Shown in pieces: positions 39,568 to 47,914 of a stretch of DNA of 47,914 bases. The stretch covers positions 1 through 47,914 of the forward strand of contig JBNKTL010000039.1 in assembly GCA_050298055.1 (NCBI GenBank), read 5' to 3'. Position numbers and translations under genes: made by a program. The stretch comes from Spirochaetota bacterium (lineage in GTDB: Bacteria; Spirochaetota; UBA4802; UBA5550). The stretch's first letter is position 1, and each line of letters opens with the position of its first letter. A model generated the notes under the pieces. That model saw nothing but the letters and a program-made list of their open reading frames with translations, was not told where the DNA came from and made no database searches.

Positions 39568-39597
39568 TTATCCACAAAGTTATCAACATTATCCACA
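39568..39597 (+). promoter_or_regulatory. Cluster of three co-oriented DnaA boxes
   Basis: TTATCCACA (39568), TTATCAACA (39580) and TTATCCACA (39589), next to AT-rich DNA. Confidence 0.75.
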
Positions 39598-39642
39598 GAA
39601 TTGTTCATATGTTAAGTTTTTTACGGTTTTTATAAAATTTTC

Positions 39643-39734
39643 GTAAATACTCGTCTATGTATAAAAATGGACACTTTATTGATATAGAAGATATCTGATC
39701 CCCGCCGCCGACCGCGGCGGGGACGGGTCGTTAC
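39643..39734 (+). mobile_element. MITE-like element, copy C (92 bp)
   Basis: Termini GTAAATACTCGTC / GACGGGTCGTTAC (10/13 inverted); flanks AAATTTTC and ATATTTTC (7/8); hairpin TCCCCGCCGC-5nt-GCGGCGGGGA. Confidence 0.7.
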
Positions 39735-39823
39735 ATATTTTCTTTATATAAAAAATATTTTTTTTGTTGATTTAATGAACAAGTGACATAATCATATCAT
39801 TAACAAATAGAGTGGAGCGGCTA

Positions 39824-40270
39824 ATGAAACTATCCATAGGGTCCGATCATGCGGGTATCAGGCTGAAAAAGATCATTATTGAGCATTTTACGGATATTGA
39901 ATTTCAGGATGAAGGGGCATATTCCGAAGAGTCCACGGATTATCCCGACTGGATATCAAAAGTGGGATACAGTGTCCGGAATGGTGATGTTGAGAGGGGA
40001 ATTGTCATTTGCGGGACAGGGATCGGAGCATCAATTGTGGCAAATAAAATAAGGGGGGTCAGAGCGGCCCTCTGCAGTAACTCTCTCATGGCCGAAATGT
40101 CAAGAAGACACAATAACGCGAATATACTGGCACTGGGGGCCAGGATCCTGGGTGATGACCTTGCCATAAATATCGTGAAAACCTGGCTCCATACGCCCTT
40201 CGAAGGAGGCAGGCACCAGAGAAGGATTGATAAAATCACCGGAATTGAAGAAAGCCGGGATAGCGGATAG
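39824..40270 (+). CDS. rpiB: Ribose-5-phosphate isomerase B
   Basis: Motifs GSDHAG, DYPD, CGTGIG, RRHNNAN and FEGGRHQRR. Confidence 0.96.
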   Translation: MKLSIGSDHAGIRLKKIIIEHFTDIEFQDEGAYSEESTDYPDWISKVGYSVRNGDVERGIVICGTGIGASIVANKIRGVRAALCSNSLMAEMSRRHNNANILALGARILGDDLAINIVKTWLHTPFEGGRHQRRIDKITGIEESRDSG

Positions 40271-40282
40271 CATCAATAACCA

Positions 40283-41962
40283 ATGAAAAAACTCATCTGT
40301 ACATCCCTGGTTTTCCTTTCCCTGCTGCTTCTCTCTTCAATGAAGGACTTTACCAGCAGGATACTCTTTAAGCCCTTTACGGGGAAGGGCCTTAAAGATG
40401 TTGAACTGGTCACGGGTAAAAATCAAAGGCTCATGTACCGGCTGGTTGATAACACCTATATTGGCAAAAGCAGTCCCCTGATCTCTGACCTACTGCTCTC
40501 ATTTAACAAACCGTCAGATGAAATAAAAAATGATGATACCGGGAAATACAGGATCAGTTATTCCCGGTATAAATTTTCACAATCCGAAAAGTTTCTTGGA
40601 CAGGGGGCCGCTCTGTTCATGAACAGTGAGCACAGTGTTGAGATAAGTCCTGCCGGCGATCTCTGGCTTGGAAGGTGCGGGGACCTGGGATCATTTTCTA
40701 TTGAGTTCCGGTTTAAACCGCTTTCTCTTAAAAACGGATCTGTTCTCTTTGCACGGACCGGTTACTTTTCCGGGAAGAAGAGGGGGATCCGGATCGTTAT
40801 CAGAAATTCCCGGGTTGTTGCCCTGCTGGATGATCTGTTCAGGATGAACAACGGCCTGCGCAGGAATATGGCGTTAAGCCATGGAACCGGGATTGAAAAA
40901 GGCAGATGGTATCACTATGTCCTGAGTTATGACCGCCTTTCAGGTAAACTTTCAAGCCATATTAATGGCGAGGAGGATGAAGTATTCTATATTACAGATG
41001 ACGGAACCCCTTATAACAATGTCGATATACCGTCATTCGGTCAAATAAATGATGATGAGACATTCAGGTGTACAGATTCTGTTCATGCGGTTATCGGAAA
41101 AAATTATACCGGTTACATAGACGAGTTCAGAATTTTATATGCAGAGATAAACCGGCTCCGTGAAAAAACTGAAATCTATCACAGAAAATACAGGAAATCG
41201 GGAATGATCAAAAGAGTCCCTGTAAGCTATGAGGGAACTGTGACCAGTCCTGTTTATTCTTTTCCCTCTACGGGCACGAAGATCACTCTTTTTGGCTGGA
41301 AGGATATCCTTGAAAAAAATACCTTTATCTGGTTTGAGATCAGGATCTATGACAGGCTCTTTGATCAAAACGATACGGAGCTCAGGTGGTATTCAGTTGA
41401 TAACGGCCAGCGGGGAATATACCTTGCGAAAAACAGCAGCGGTAACTACATGAGGGGAAAGTACTATCAGTGGAGGGCCCACCTTATCGCGTCACCTGAC
41501 GGCAGGAAGTCTCCCTATCTCTATGATGTGGGATTGAACTATATTCCTGACGCACCGCCGGTTGTTCCGAGAAACCTGGAAGTTGTTGAGGAGGGGGACA
41601 GCTATATTATCCTGAGGTGGAATAAGAACAGCGATCTTGATCTTCTCGGATACAGAATATATTATGGGACCCGGCCGGGAAGGTATGACGGGATATTATC
41701 TTATTTGAAAGATAAAAGAATTACAAATAAAAGAAACGGGAGCAATTTCGTTAAAATTACAGTGGACAGCAGGTTGATTGAAGAGAACAGGAAGAGAGAC
41801 AAACGGAACCTGCTGGCATACCCCAAACTGGTCAACAATGTACTCTATTTCTTCTCCGTTAGCGCCTACGATAGTTACAGGCCGGACACACCCTTTAATC
41901 ATGAATCCGGTTTATCAAAACAGGTTTCGGGAAGACCATACCACGGATCAGAAATTAAGTAG
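40283..41962 (+). CDS. Exported LamG-like jelly-roll plus fibronectin type III protein
   Basis: Signal peptide; LamG-like FSIEF, WYHYVLSY and YTGYIDEFRI; FN3-like LRW...GYRIYYG...YFFSVSAYD. Confidence 0.7.
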   Translation: MKKLICTSLVFLSLLLLSSMKDFTSRILFKPFTGKGLKDVELVTGKNQRLMYRLVDNTYIGKSSPLISDLLLSFNKPSDEIKNDDTGKYRISYSRYKFSQSEKFLGQGAALFMNSEHSVEISPAGDLWLGRCGDLGSFSIEFRFKPLSLKNGSVLFARTGYFSGKKRGIRIVIRNSRVVALLDDLFRMNNGLRRNMALSHGTGIEKGRWYHYVLSYDRLSGKLSSHINGEEDEVFYITDDGTPYNNVDIPSFGQINDDETFRCTDSVHAVIGKNYTGYIDEFRILYAEINRLREKTEIYHRKYRKSGMIKRVPVSYEGTVTSPVYSFPSTGTKITLFGWKDILEKNTFIWFEIRIYDRLFDQNDTELRWYSVDNGQRGIYLAKNSSGNYMRGKYYQWRAHLIASPDGRKSPYLYDVGLNYIPDAPPVVPRNLEVVEEGDSYIILRWNKNSDLDLLGYRIYYGTRPGRYDGILSYLKDKRITNKRNGSNFVKITVDSRLIEENRKRDKRNLLAYPKLVNNVLYFFSVSAYDSYRPDTPFNHESGLSKQVSGRPYHGSEIK

Positions 41963-42140
41963 TAACCTTATTCTTCATATGAGGAGTCGTTAAAATTTAA
42001 TTTTTTCATTGTAAAAATATGATAAATTTAATTTTTTGATGTACTCATAAGGCATGAGCAGAATTTCAATCCATTATTGAAACATTACAGGCTGTTCAGG
42101 CAACCACGGAAAAGAATGCCCGGAGAGAATAGATATTTCC

Positions 42141-43526
42141 ATGAACATTGAGAATATAGAGAAAGCTATCCCTGAGAGGGAATTACAACTCCTGAGAAAA
42201 ATTGTTTCGAAATTTGAGGGCGGGGGATTTAGGTGTTACCTTGTTGGCGGGTCTGTGAGGGACCTTCTCCTTGGCAATTTAACCGGTGATTTCGATTTAG
42301 CAACGGATGCCAGGCCCGATGATGTGATTAAACTTTTTAAAAAAGTCATACCCACAGGGATAAAACATGGAACGGTAACTCTGCTCGTGAATGATCTCTC
42401 AGTTGAAGTAACCACCTTCAGGTCAGACGGGAAATACATTGACGGGAGAAGGCCGGAGGAAGTCTACTTTTCGGATTCCATCGAAGTGGATGTAAAAAGG
42501 AGAGACTTTACAATAAACGGGCTTGCATATGATTTTGGCTCCAAGAAGGTGCTGGATTATGTGGGCGGCCTTGATGATATTCAGCTCGGGACAATAAGGA
42601 CTATCGGGGAACCCCATGAAAGATTCGGTGAAGACGGTCTCAGGCCATACCGTGCGTGCAGGCTTGCCTCAAAGCTTGGTTTTCAGATCGCCGGGGAGAC
42701 TTTTTCCGCCATATCGGATACCCTGGATGTTGCCGCGGCCGTCTCCCCTGAAAGGGTAAGGGATGAATTTTTAAAAATACTGGGATCGGAAATTCCCTCC
42801 GTGGGCATAGAATACCTTCGGAAATCGGGACTTCTGAAGCTGATGCTCCCCGAACTGGACAGTTGTTACGGAGTGAGCCAGAACAGGTTCCATGTCTATG
42901 ACATATACCACCACAGTGTCTATTCGGCCGATTCGGCTCCCCGGGAAAGACCTCTTCTTCGCCTGGCGGCGCTCTTCCATGACATCGGCAAGCTCCCTAC
43001 CCGAAGAATGAGTGATGAGGGAGATTACACTTTCTATAACCATGAGGTTGTGGGGGCAAAGATTACCCGGAAACTGATGAAGAGGCTCAAATTCTCAAAT
43101 GATGACATCTCATACGTTAATAACCTTATCCTGAACCACATGTTTCACTTCACTGATGAATGGACTGACGGCGCCGTGAGGAGATTTATGAGAAAAGTCG
43201 GTGTTGAGTATATTGATGATGTCTTTCTCCTCAGGCTCGCTGACAGGAAGGGGACCGGGTCACGGGGAGGAATGCCTGCTCCCATAAAAAAGCTCATTAA
43301 AAGAATTGACCGTATCATAGAAGATGAAAATGCCATCACGGTGAAAGACCTGGAGATAAACGGTACTGTTCTCATGAAAGAGTTAGGCCTGAAACAGGGT
43401 CCTCTCATTGGGAAAATCCTCAATGAACTTCTAGAAGTTATTCTCGATGATCCTGATAAAAACAGGCAGGAGATCCTTATCGGGCTGGCAAAAGAGATAC
43501 TATCTGAAATGAATGACTCAGAATAG
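42141..43526 (+). CDS. cca: CCA tRNA nucleotidyltransferase with HD domain
   Basis: Motifs LVGGSVRD, DFDLAT, EVTTFR, RRDFTING, EDGLR, ERVRDE and FHDIGK. Confidence 0.92.
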   Translation: MNIENIEKAIPERELQLLRKIVSKFEGGGFRCYLVGGSVRDLLLGNLTGDFDLATDARPDDVIKLFKKVIPTGIKHGTVTLLVNDLSVEVTTFRSDGKYIDGRRPEEVYFSDSIEVDVKRRDFTINGLAYDFGSKKVLDYVGGLDDIQLGTIRTIGEPHERFGEDGLRPYRACRLASKLGFQIAGETFSAISDTLDVAAAVSPERVRDEFLKILGSEIPSVGIEYLRKSGLLKLMLPELDSCYGVSQNRFHVYDIYHHSVYSADSAPRERPLLRLAALFHDIGKLPTRRMSDEGDYTFYNHEVVGAKITRKLMKRLKFSNDDISYVNNLILNHMFHFTDEWTDGAVRRFMRKVGVEYIDDVFLLRLADRKGTGSRGGMPAPIKKLIKRIDRIIEDENAITVKDLEINGTVLMKELGLKQGPLIGKILNELLEVILDDPDKNRQEILIGLAKEILSEMNDSE

Positions 43527-43542
43527 TTTTACCGGAATCATT

Positions 43543-43905
43543 TTACCTGAACATGTCCTCAACCCAGTTTATTCTTCCGTTTTCCAGGGCTATCATATCA
43601 TACCTGTAGACAATATCCCTTTGACCGGACAATCCTCTTGTATGGATAAAATGCCGGGCCACAGCCCTGAACCTCTTTCTCCTCACCGGGGAGAGGGAGT
43701 AGAGGGCCCCGCCATAGACTTTTGACCGCCTGGTTTTCACTTCGAAGAAAACGATAAGGTTCTCCTTCCGGGCAATAATATCGATTTCCCCGAACCTGCT
43801 GTTATGGTAATTTCTCTCAAGAATAACAAACCCGGAATTCTTAATGAGTTCACACGCGGTATCTTCTCCCTGCGATCCGAATTCTTTTTTATACATGGTG
43901 TCCAT
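43543..43905 (-). CDS. yraN: YraN family (UPF0102) putative endonuclease
   Basis: Motifs G..GE, ILERNY, GEIDIIA, FFEVKTR and RYD. Confidence 0.92.
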   Translation of the reverse strand: MDTMYKKEFGSQGEDTACELIKNSGFVILERNYHNSRFGEIDIIARKENLIVFFEVKTRRSKVYGGALYSLSPVRRKRFRAVARHFIHTRGLSGQRDIVYRYDMIALENGRINWVEDMFR

Positions 43906-44092
43906 GTTATTAATACTGTTGGGAATGGATTTTCATTAACAAATTTTTTCCCCCTAACCCCCAAAGGGGGCATAAGAGGGTTTTAATATAAAATCTTACG
44001 CCCCCTTTGGGGGATGGGGGGAATTAAAGAAGATGTGGGGCTAAAAAGAGTAAAAAATATTTTACAACTTTGTATTCTGGTAGTTAATAAAC
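43906..44092. repeat. REP-doublet-containing element with imperfect terminal inverted repeats
   Basis: 30-bp inverted arms at 43948-43977 and 43994-44023 (27/30), each containing CCCCC-AAA/TTT-GGGGG; ends GTTATTAATAC...GTAGTTAATAAAC. Confidence 0.65.
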
Positions 44093-44110
44093 GAGTTCAC
44101 TAAAGAAGTT

Positions 44111-45271
44111 CTACAGCACATCAAAGATGTTGATCCCTATCTCCGCTTCATCCAGGGCTTTGACAATATAGTAGGATGTCTCCTGCAGCAGGTTAAGGAT
44201 AATCGTATCTTCAAGCTTGTTTTTTTCTTTATCGAAGATCAGCTTGATTAAGGGTCTCAGCGGTTTTTCCGGAATGGATCCAATGACTATGCCGATACTT
44301 GAATCGTTAATTTCAACAATAGAGCCTATGGGATAGACGGACATCTTGGAAAGAAAAATCCTCAGAATATCGGGATCGTATTTGTTCACTCCGCTGGAGA
44401 GGAGGTTTCTCATGGCATTATAGAAGTCAACCTTGGACCTGTAGCTCCTGTTGGATATCTGTGACTCATATCCGTCTGCTATGGAAGCGATTCGCGCGTA
44501 CTCCTCAATTGATTTTCCGGAAAGTCCCCTGGGATATCCTTTCCCGTCAAACTGTTCATGGTGTTGAAGTGACACGTTGGCCACATTATCGTCAAGTTTT
44601 GCCAGCTCTTTGAGGGCCTTGTAACCATGAAGGGGATGGGTCTTTATCTGGTTGAATTCCTGCTCGGTGAGGTTGGATTGCTTCCGAGTTATATAGATGG
44701 GAACTTTTATCATTCCCGCGTTTATGAGGAGGGTCCCGAGCCCCAGTTCTCTCAATGAAGTCATGGAGTACTGCAGGGCGATACCGATACTTATGGCATA
44801 GAATGTGACATTAATCGCGTGTGTAACGAGGTAATCTTTCCCTTCGTCCAGTCCATAGAGGAAAAGAAAGATGTTGCTGTTTTCATTGGTTATCTGAATT
44901 ATCGCATCGATGCATTTTCTGAGATCATCCACATCGAATTGATCATCATTTCTGATATGACCGTAAACCCTGTCAACGGCAGTCCTGGTTTCCTGGTAAG
45001 TCTCAATAAGTTTTTTTCTCTTTTTGAGAAGTTCATTATAGTTCTCGACGATCTTCTGGGCCTGTCTTTCAGATGAATTATTGCTTCCCGTTATAAGTTT
45101 GCCGGCAGTTTCAACCTCGGATACGCCCCAGGTCATCAGTTTTTTAATATCTTCTTCCTTGACCTGAACATTTGCCGGGACAAGCATGTTGTTCCTGTCA
45201 ACATAAATTGCCTTATCATAAATCATGCCGGGTTTAAGGTCTTCTACCAGTATTTTCTTCATCTTTTCCAT
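44111..45271 (-). CDS. HD-GYP domain protein with degenerate HD motif
   Basis: N-terminal DLKPGM; IKTHP, HHEQFDGKGYP and YPIGS are present; LLINAG replaces LLHDxG. Confidence 0.88.
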   Translation of the reverse strand: MEKMKKILVEDLKPGMIYDKAIYVDRNNMLVPANVQVKEEDIKKLMTWGVSEVETAGKLITGSNNSSERQAQKIVENYNELLKKRKKLIETYQETRTAVDRVYGHIRNDDQFDVDDLRKCIDAIIQITNENSNIFLFLYGLDEGKDYLVTHAINVTFYAISIGIALQYSMTSLRELGLGTLLINAGMIKVPIYITRKQSNLTEQEFNQIKTHPLHGYKALKELAKLDDNVANVSLQHHEQFDGKGYPRGLSGKSIEEYARIASIADGYESQISNRSYRSKVDFYNAMRNLLSSGVNKYDPDILRIFLSKMSVYPIGSIVEINDSSIGIVIGSIPEKPLRPLIKLIFDKEKNKLEDTIILNLLQETSYYIVKALDEAEIGINIFDVL

Positions 45272-45277
45272 CTCAGA

Positions 45278-45553
45278 CTATTTTTCAGAGAGCACCTTCT
45301 CCCTGAATGTGCCGTTTATTCTGTAGCAATGCGCCATAATTTCAGAAACTGCTTTAAAGAGCTCTTCCGGTATCTCCGACCCGGCATCGAACAGAGAGAG
45401 CACCTCTGCCAGGTCCGGATCTTTATGTATTGTAATACCGTTTTCTCTGGCAATTTCAAGCAATTTTTCTCTTAATAGGCCCCGTGCTTTCGCGACAATT
45501 ACCGGAGCAGATTTTCTATACTCAAGTGCGATAGCTTTTTTCTGGTCAGACAT
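45278..45553 (-). CDS. Stand-alone FlhB/EscU cytoplasmic-domain protein (YlqH/FlhX-like)
   Basis: Motifs KAIALEY..APVIVAK and EIPEELFKAVSEI. Confidence 0.88.
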   Translation of the reverse strand: MSDQKKAIALEYRKSAPVIVAKARGLLREKLLEIARENGITIHKDPDLAEVLSLFDAGSEIPEELFKAVSEIMAHCYRINGTFREKVLSEK

Positions 45554-45554
45554 T

Positions 45555-46628
45555 TCACACCTTAACATCAATGCTGTTCTCAGAAGAGTATTTTCCTGTA
45601 AGTCCCTTAAGTTTGTCTACAATATTTCCCCTGTTCCGGTATTTAATTGATGCTTTTATTCCCTCTGCTTTAAAAGCATTTTTCAGCCTGTTATGTGAGT
45701 TTTTCAGCATGTCAACAATTCTCTCACTCTCTGCAAAAAGTGTTATCTCAAAGGTATTGCCGGTTACCCCCGCAAATATATCGATTATACCAATATTAGA
45801 GAGATTTAATGAAAAAAGCCATGATTTTTTAAAAGTAATATAATTAATTTTCTCTTCGGCATCTTTATCAAAAAAAGTGATCTCGCCTGCTGTTAATTCT
45901 TCTGTCATAATGTTTTTTACCGCAATGAGATCTATGAGCTTTGTTAAAATTTTACCTTTCTCTCTTTTATCAACTGAGTTATCAATCATCTCAAGTATAT
46001 CGGATAAAAGACGACTGCTGTTAATTTCCTTTTCATTGAAATATTTCCTGGAGATACCTTCAAAAAATCCCGCAAGTGAGAGGAGAAAGAACAACAGTTG
46101 AATACCCTCCCTGCTGTTTGCAGAAAGAAGAGAGAGCATGTTGAGAAGAGTGACGTCAAGCCCGGAACTTTTCAGGTATCTGAGAAGAGAAAGAGTTTCC
46201 TGAGAATTTTTCATGAGATCGTTCTTTCCCATGAGTACCAGGTTCAGAGTGATCAGGTCTTTGACATCCCGGTCTAAAAACTTTTTCAGGACCGGGAGAT
46301 TCAGGGAATGAAGTTCATCCGGACCCAGAAGGGAGATATTTTCAAGAACAGTGATAATTTCAGATTTTACAACCGGATCAACAAGTTTAAAGAGATAGGT
46401 ATTCCTGCCCCTGTTGACCAGTTTGAGGATAACCTCGCTTTTTTCAGGGATTTTATCAGTAAACTCTGTCTTTATCCTTTTTCCCTTTATCTCCAGTATT
46501 GCTTCCCGGGGGCTGTATCTCTTTATAATTTTTGCATTTATCTCGCTTTCATTTTTTATTTCAGCCAGGAGCCTGCTAATGCTTGCCCGGTTCTCAATTT
46601 TCAGAATGTCACCCAGGTTAGACTTCAC
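45555..46628 (-). CDS. FliK-like (YlqG-like) protein
   Basis: C-terminal LNLSNIGIIDI...ITLFAESERIVDMLKNSHNRLKNAF resembles the hook-length control domain; lies between rnhB and the FlhB-C gene. Confidence 0.6.
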   Translation of the reverse strand: MKSNLGDILKIENRASISRLLAEIKNESEINAKIIKRYSPREAILEIKGKRIKTEFTDKIPEKSEVILKLVNRGRNTYLFKLVDPVVKSEIITVLENISLLGPDELHSLNLPVLKKFLDRDVKDLITLNLVLMGKNDLMKNSQETLSLLRYLKSSGLDVTLLNMLSLLSANSREGIQLLFFLLSLAGFFEGISRKYFNEKEINSSRLLSDILEMIDNSVDKREKGKILTKLIDLIAVKNIMTEELTAGEITFFDKDAEEKINYITFKKSWLFSLNLSNIGIIDIFAGVTGNTFEITLFAESERIVDMLKNSHNRLKNAFKAEGIKASIKYRNRGNIVDKLKGLTGKYSSENSIDVKV

Positions 46629-47370
46629 CGAACAGTGACCTCTCCCTTTTAATCATATGCTTAACCGGGGCATAAGACTTTCTGTGGATAGATCTGTATC
46701 CATGCTCCCGGATTGCCTCTCTGTGGCTGCTGGTCCCGTACCCTTTGTTTTCATTAAAGCTGAATTCGGGATATTCATCATGCAGGCGGTTCATATACGC
46801 ATCCCGTGTAACCTTGGCAAGTATTGATGCCGCGGCAATGGATATGGATTTTTCATCTCCTCCTTTCACAGGAACAAGGGGAATATCCCACGTGAATTTG
46901 AAATTTCCGTCCAGGATGACAATATCGGGCTTTACTTCGGCTTTTTCAAGAAGTGCTCTGACCCCATATTCTGTTGCCCCGTTGATATTCAGTTCATCAA
47001 TTTTCTCAACAGGTATAAGACATGAATCTGAATAAATTGAATGGGAGATGACTATCTCTGAAAGGGATTCTCTTTTCAGGGGAGTGAGTTTTTTTGAATC
47101 ATTGATTCTGCCCTCTATCTCCGCAGGGGGGTTGAGAATGGACTCGCTGCTGAATATCACTATCCCCAGTGAAAGAGGTCCGGCCAGGGCACCCCTTCCT
47201 GCTTCGTCAATACCAGCAACTAAGCTGTAGCCGTCGGAGAGGAGTTCCCGTTCAATCCGGAAGTCGGGTAAAAGTGAAAAAGCAGACTTTTTATGGCCTG
47301 CTTTTTTATTATGAAAAAAAAGATGTGAATGTTCGTCACGAGAATGACTGTTTTTATTCTTCCGGGGCAT
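46618..47370 (-). CDS. rnhB: Ribonuclease HII
   Basis: Motifs [41 protein letters not shown] and KGYGT. Confidence 0.96.
   Translation of the reverse strand: MPRKNKNSHSRDEHSHLFFHNKKAGHKKSAFSLLPDFRIERELLSDGYSLVAGIDEAGRGALAGPLSLGIVIFSSESILNPPAEIEGRINDSKKLTPLKRESLSEIVISHSIYSDSCLIPVEKIDELNINGATEYGVRALLEKAEVKPDIVILDGNFKFTWDIPLVPVKGGDEKSISIAAASILAKVTRDAYMNRLHDEYPEFSFNENKGYGTSSHREAIREHGYRSIHRKSYAPVKHMIKRERSLFGEV
47277..47306 (-). terminator. Intrinsic terminator-like hairpin after rplS, inside the rnhB 5' extension
   Basis: Minus-strand AAAAAGCAGGC-CATAAAAA-GTCTGCTTTTT; the G-U pair forms only on the minus-strand transcript. Confidence 0.65.
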
Positions 47371-47812
47371 TTTCCACAGTGTCTGCGCTGCTCTCTACAA
47401 CTTCTGCAGCTTGAGTAACAGGCTTTTCTTCGGCGACGGCTTCATCAAGTCCTTTCTCTTTTAACTTGGCCCTTTTCTCCTTGAGCTTCGCGGATTTACC
47501 GGTTCTTTCCCTGAGAAAATAAAGTTTGGCCCTTCTTGTTTTGCCTTTCCTGATAACATCGATTGCCGCGATTTTTGGTGAAAAGAGAGGGAATATCCTC
47601 TCCACGCCTACATCAAATGAAATTTTTCTCACTGTAAAAGTTTTGCTGATACCCTTGTTGTCTATGGCAATAACAATTCCTTCGAATATTTGAATTCTTT
47701 CCCTGGTACCCTCAATTATCTTGTAGTGTACTTTTACAGTATCACCAATCTCAAAGGTAATTTTCCTGTCTACCGGCATTATCTCTTTTTCAATTCCCTG
47801 TATTATATCCAT
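47354..47812 (-). CDS. rplS: 50S ribosomal protein L19
   Basis: [37 protein letters not shown] and [18 protein letters not shown]. Confidence 0.98.
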   Translation of the reverse strand: MDIIQGIEKEIMPVDRKITFEIGDTVKVHYKIIEGTRERIQIFEGIVIAIDNKGISKTFTVRKISFDVGVERIFPLFSPKIAAIDVIRKGKTRRAKLYFLRERTGKSAKLKEKRAKLKEKGLDEAVAEEKPVTQAAEVVESSADTVENAPEE

Positions 47813-47830
47813 TTCTCTGCTCCTTTTATT

Positions 47831-47914
47831 GTAACTATTCAGCTATATTGCTATAATCAACGTATTTAATAAAAATATCAACAATATGTCCCCGCCGCCG
47901 AAGGCGGCGGGGAC
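47831..47914 (+). mobile_element. MITE-like element, copy D (cut by the window end)
   Basis: Left end GTAACTATTCAG; AAAATATCAACAATATGTCCCCGCCGCC is nearly identical to copy B; hairpin GTCCCCGCCGCC-GAA-GGCGGCGGGGAC. Confidence 0.7.

Overview
Chromosomal, mostly housekeeping window from a bacterium that is probably an anaerobic, selenocysteine-using spirochaete. The taxon is inferred from the rplS-rnhB-FliK-like-FlhB(C)-HD-GYP-yraN gene order and from spirochaete-type hypothetical genes. Left to right it holds: an AT-rich surface-polysaccharide locus (rfbD, rfbB, two GT4 glycosyltransferases, Wzy/WaaL-like protein, methyltransferase, Wzx, IspD/TarI); a REC-PAS-HD-GYP regulator; a GNAT; a large TPR/transglutaminase-like protein; two beta-barrel-like proteins; a zinc-ribbon protein with acidic repeats; an NSS transporter with its small subunit; a GlgD-like protein; a selenoprotein SelD (in-frame UGA plus SECIS hairpin); a complete trpE-GD-C-F-B-A operon; a TetR/flavoprotein unit; glcD-like, coaX, rpiB and cca; and the rplS cluster. 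No rRNA, tRNA, CRISPR array, transposase or prophage was seen. The most notable signals outside the ORF track are: (1) a dispersed MITE-like family with 4-5 copies, GTAA(C/A/T)NAYTC termini, a central GC hairpin and 8-bp target-site duplications; (2) a second REP-doublet element; (3) an unannotated 35-aa Lys/Arg-rich protein with a strong RBS; (4) an isolated DnaA-box cluster; (5) tandem operator-like repeats and a possible leader upstream of trpE; (6) several apparent pseudo-enzymes. I found no clear multi-gene novel system. All family calls are from motif recognition, not database searches.
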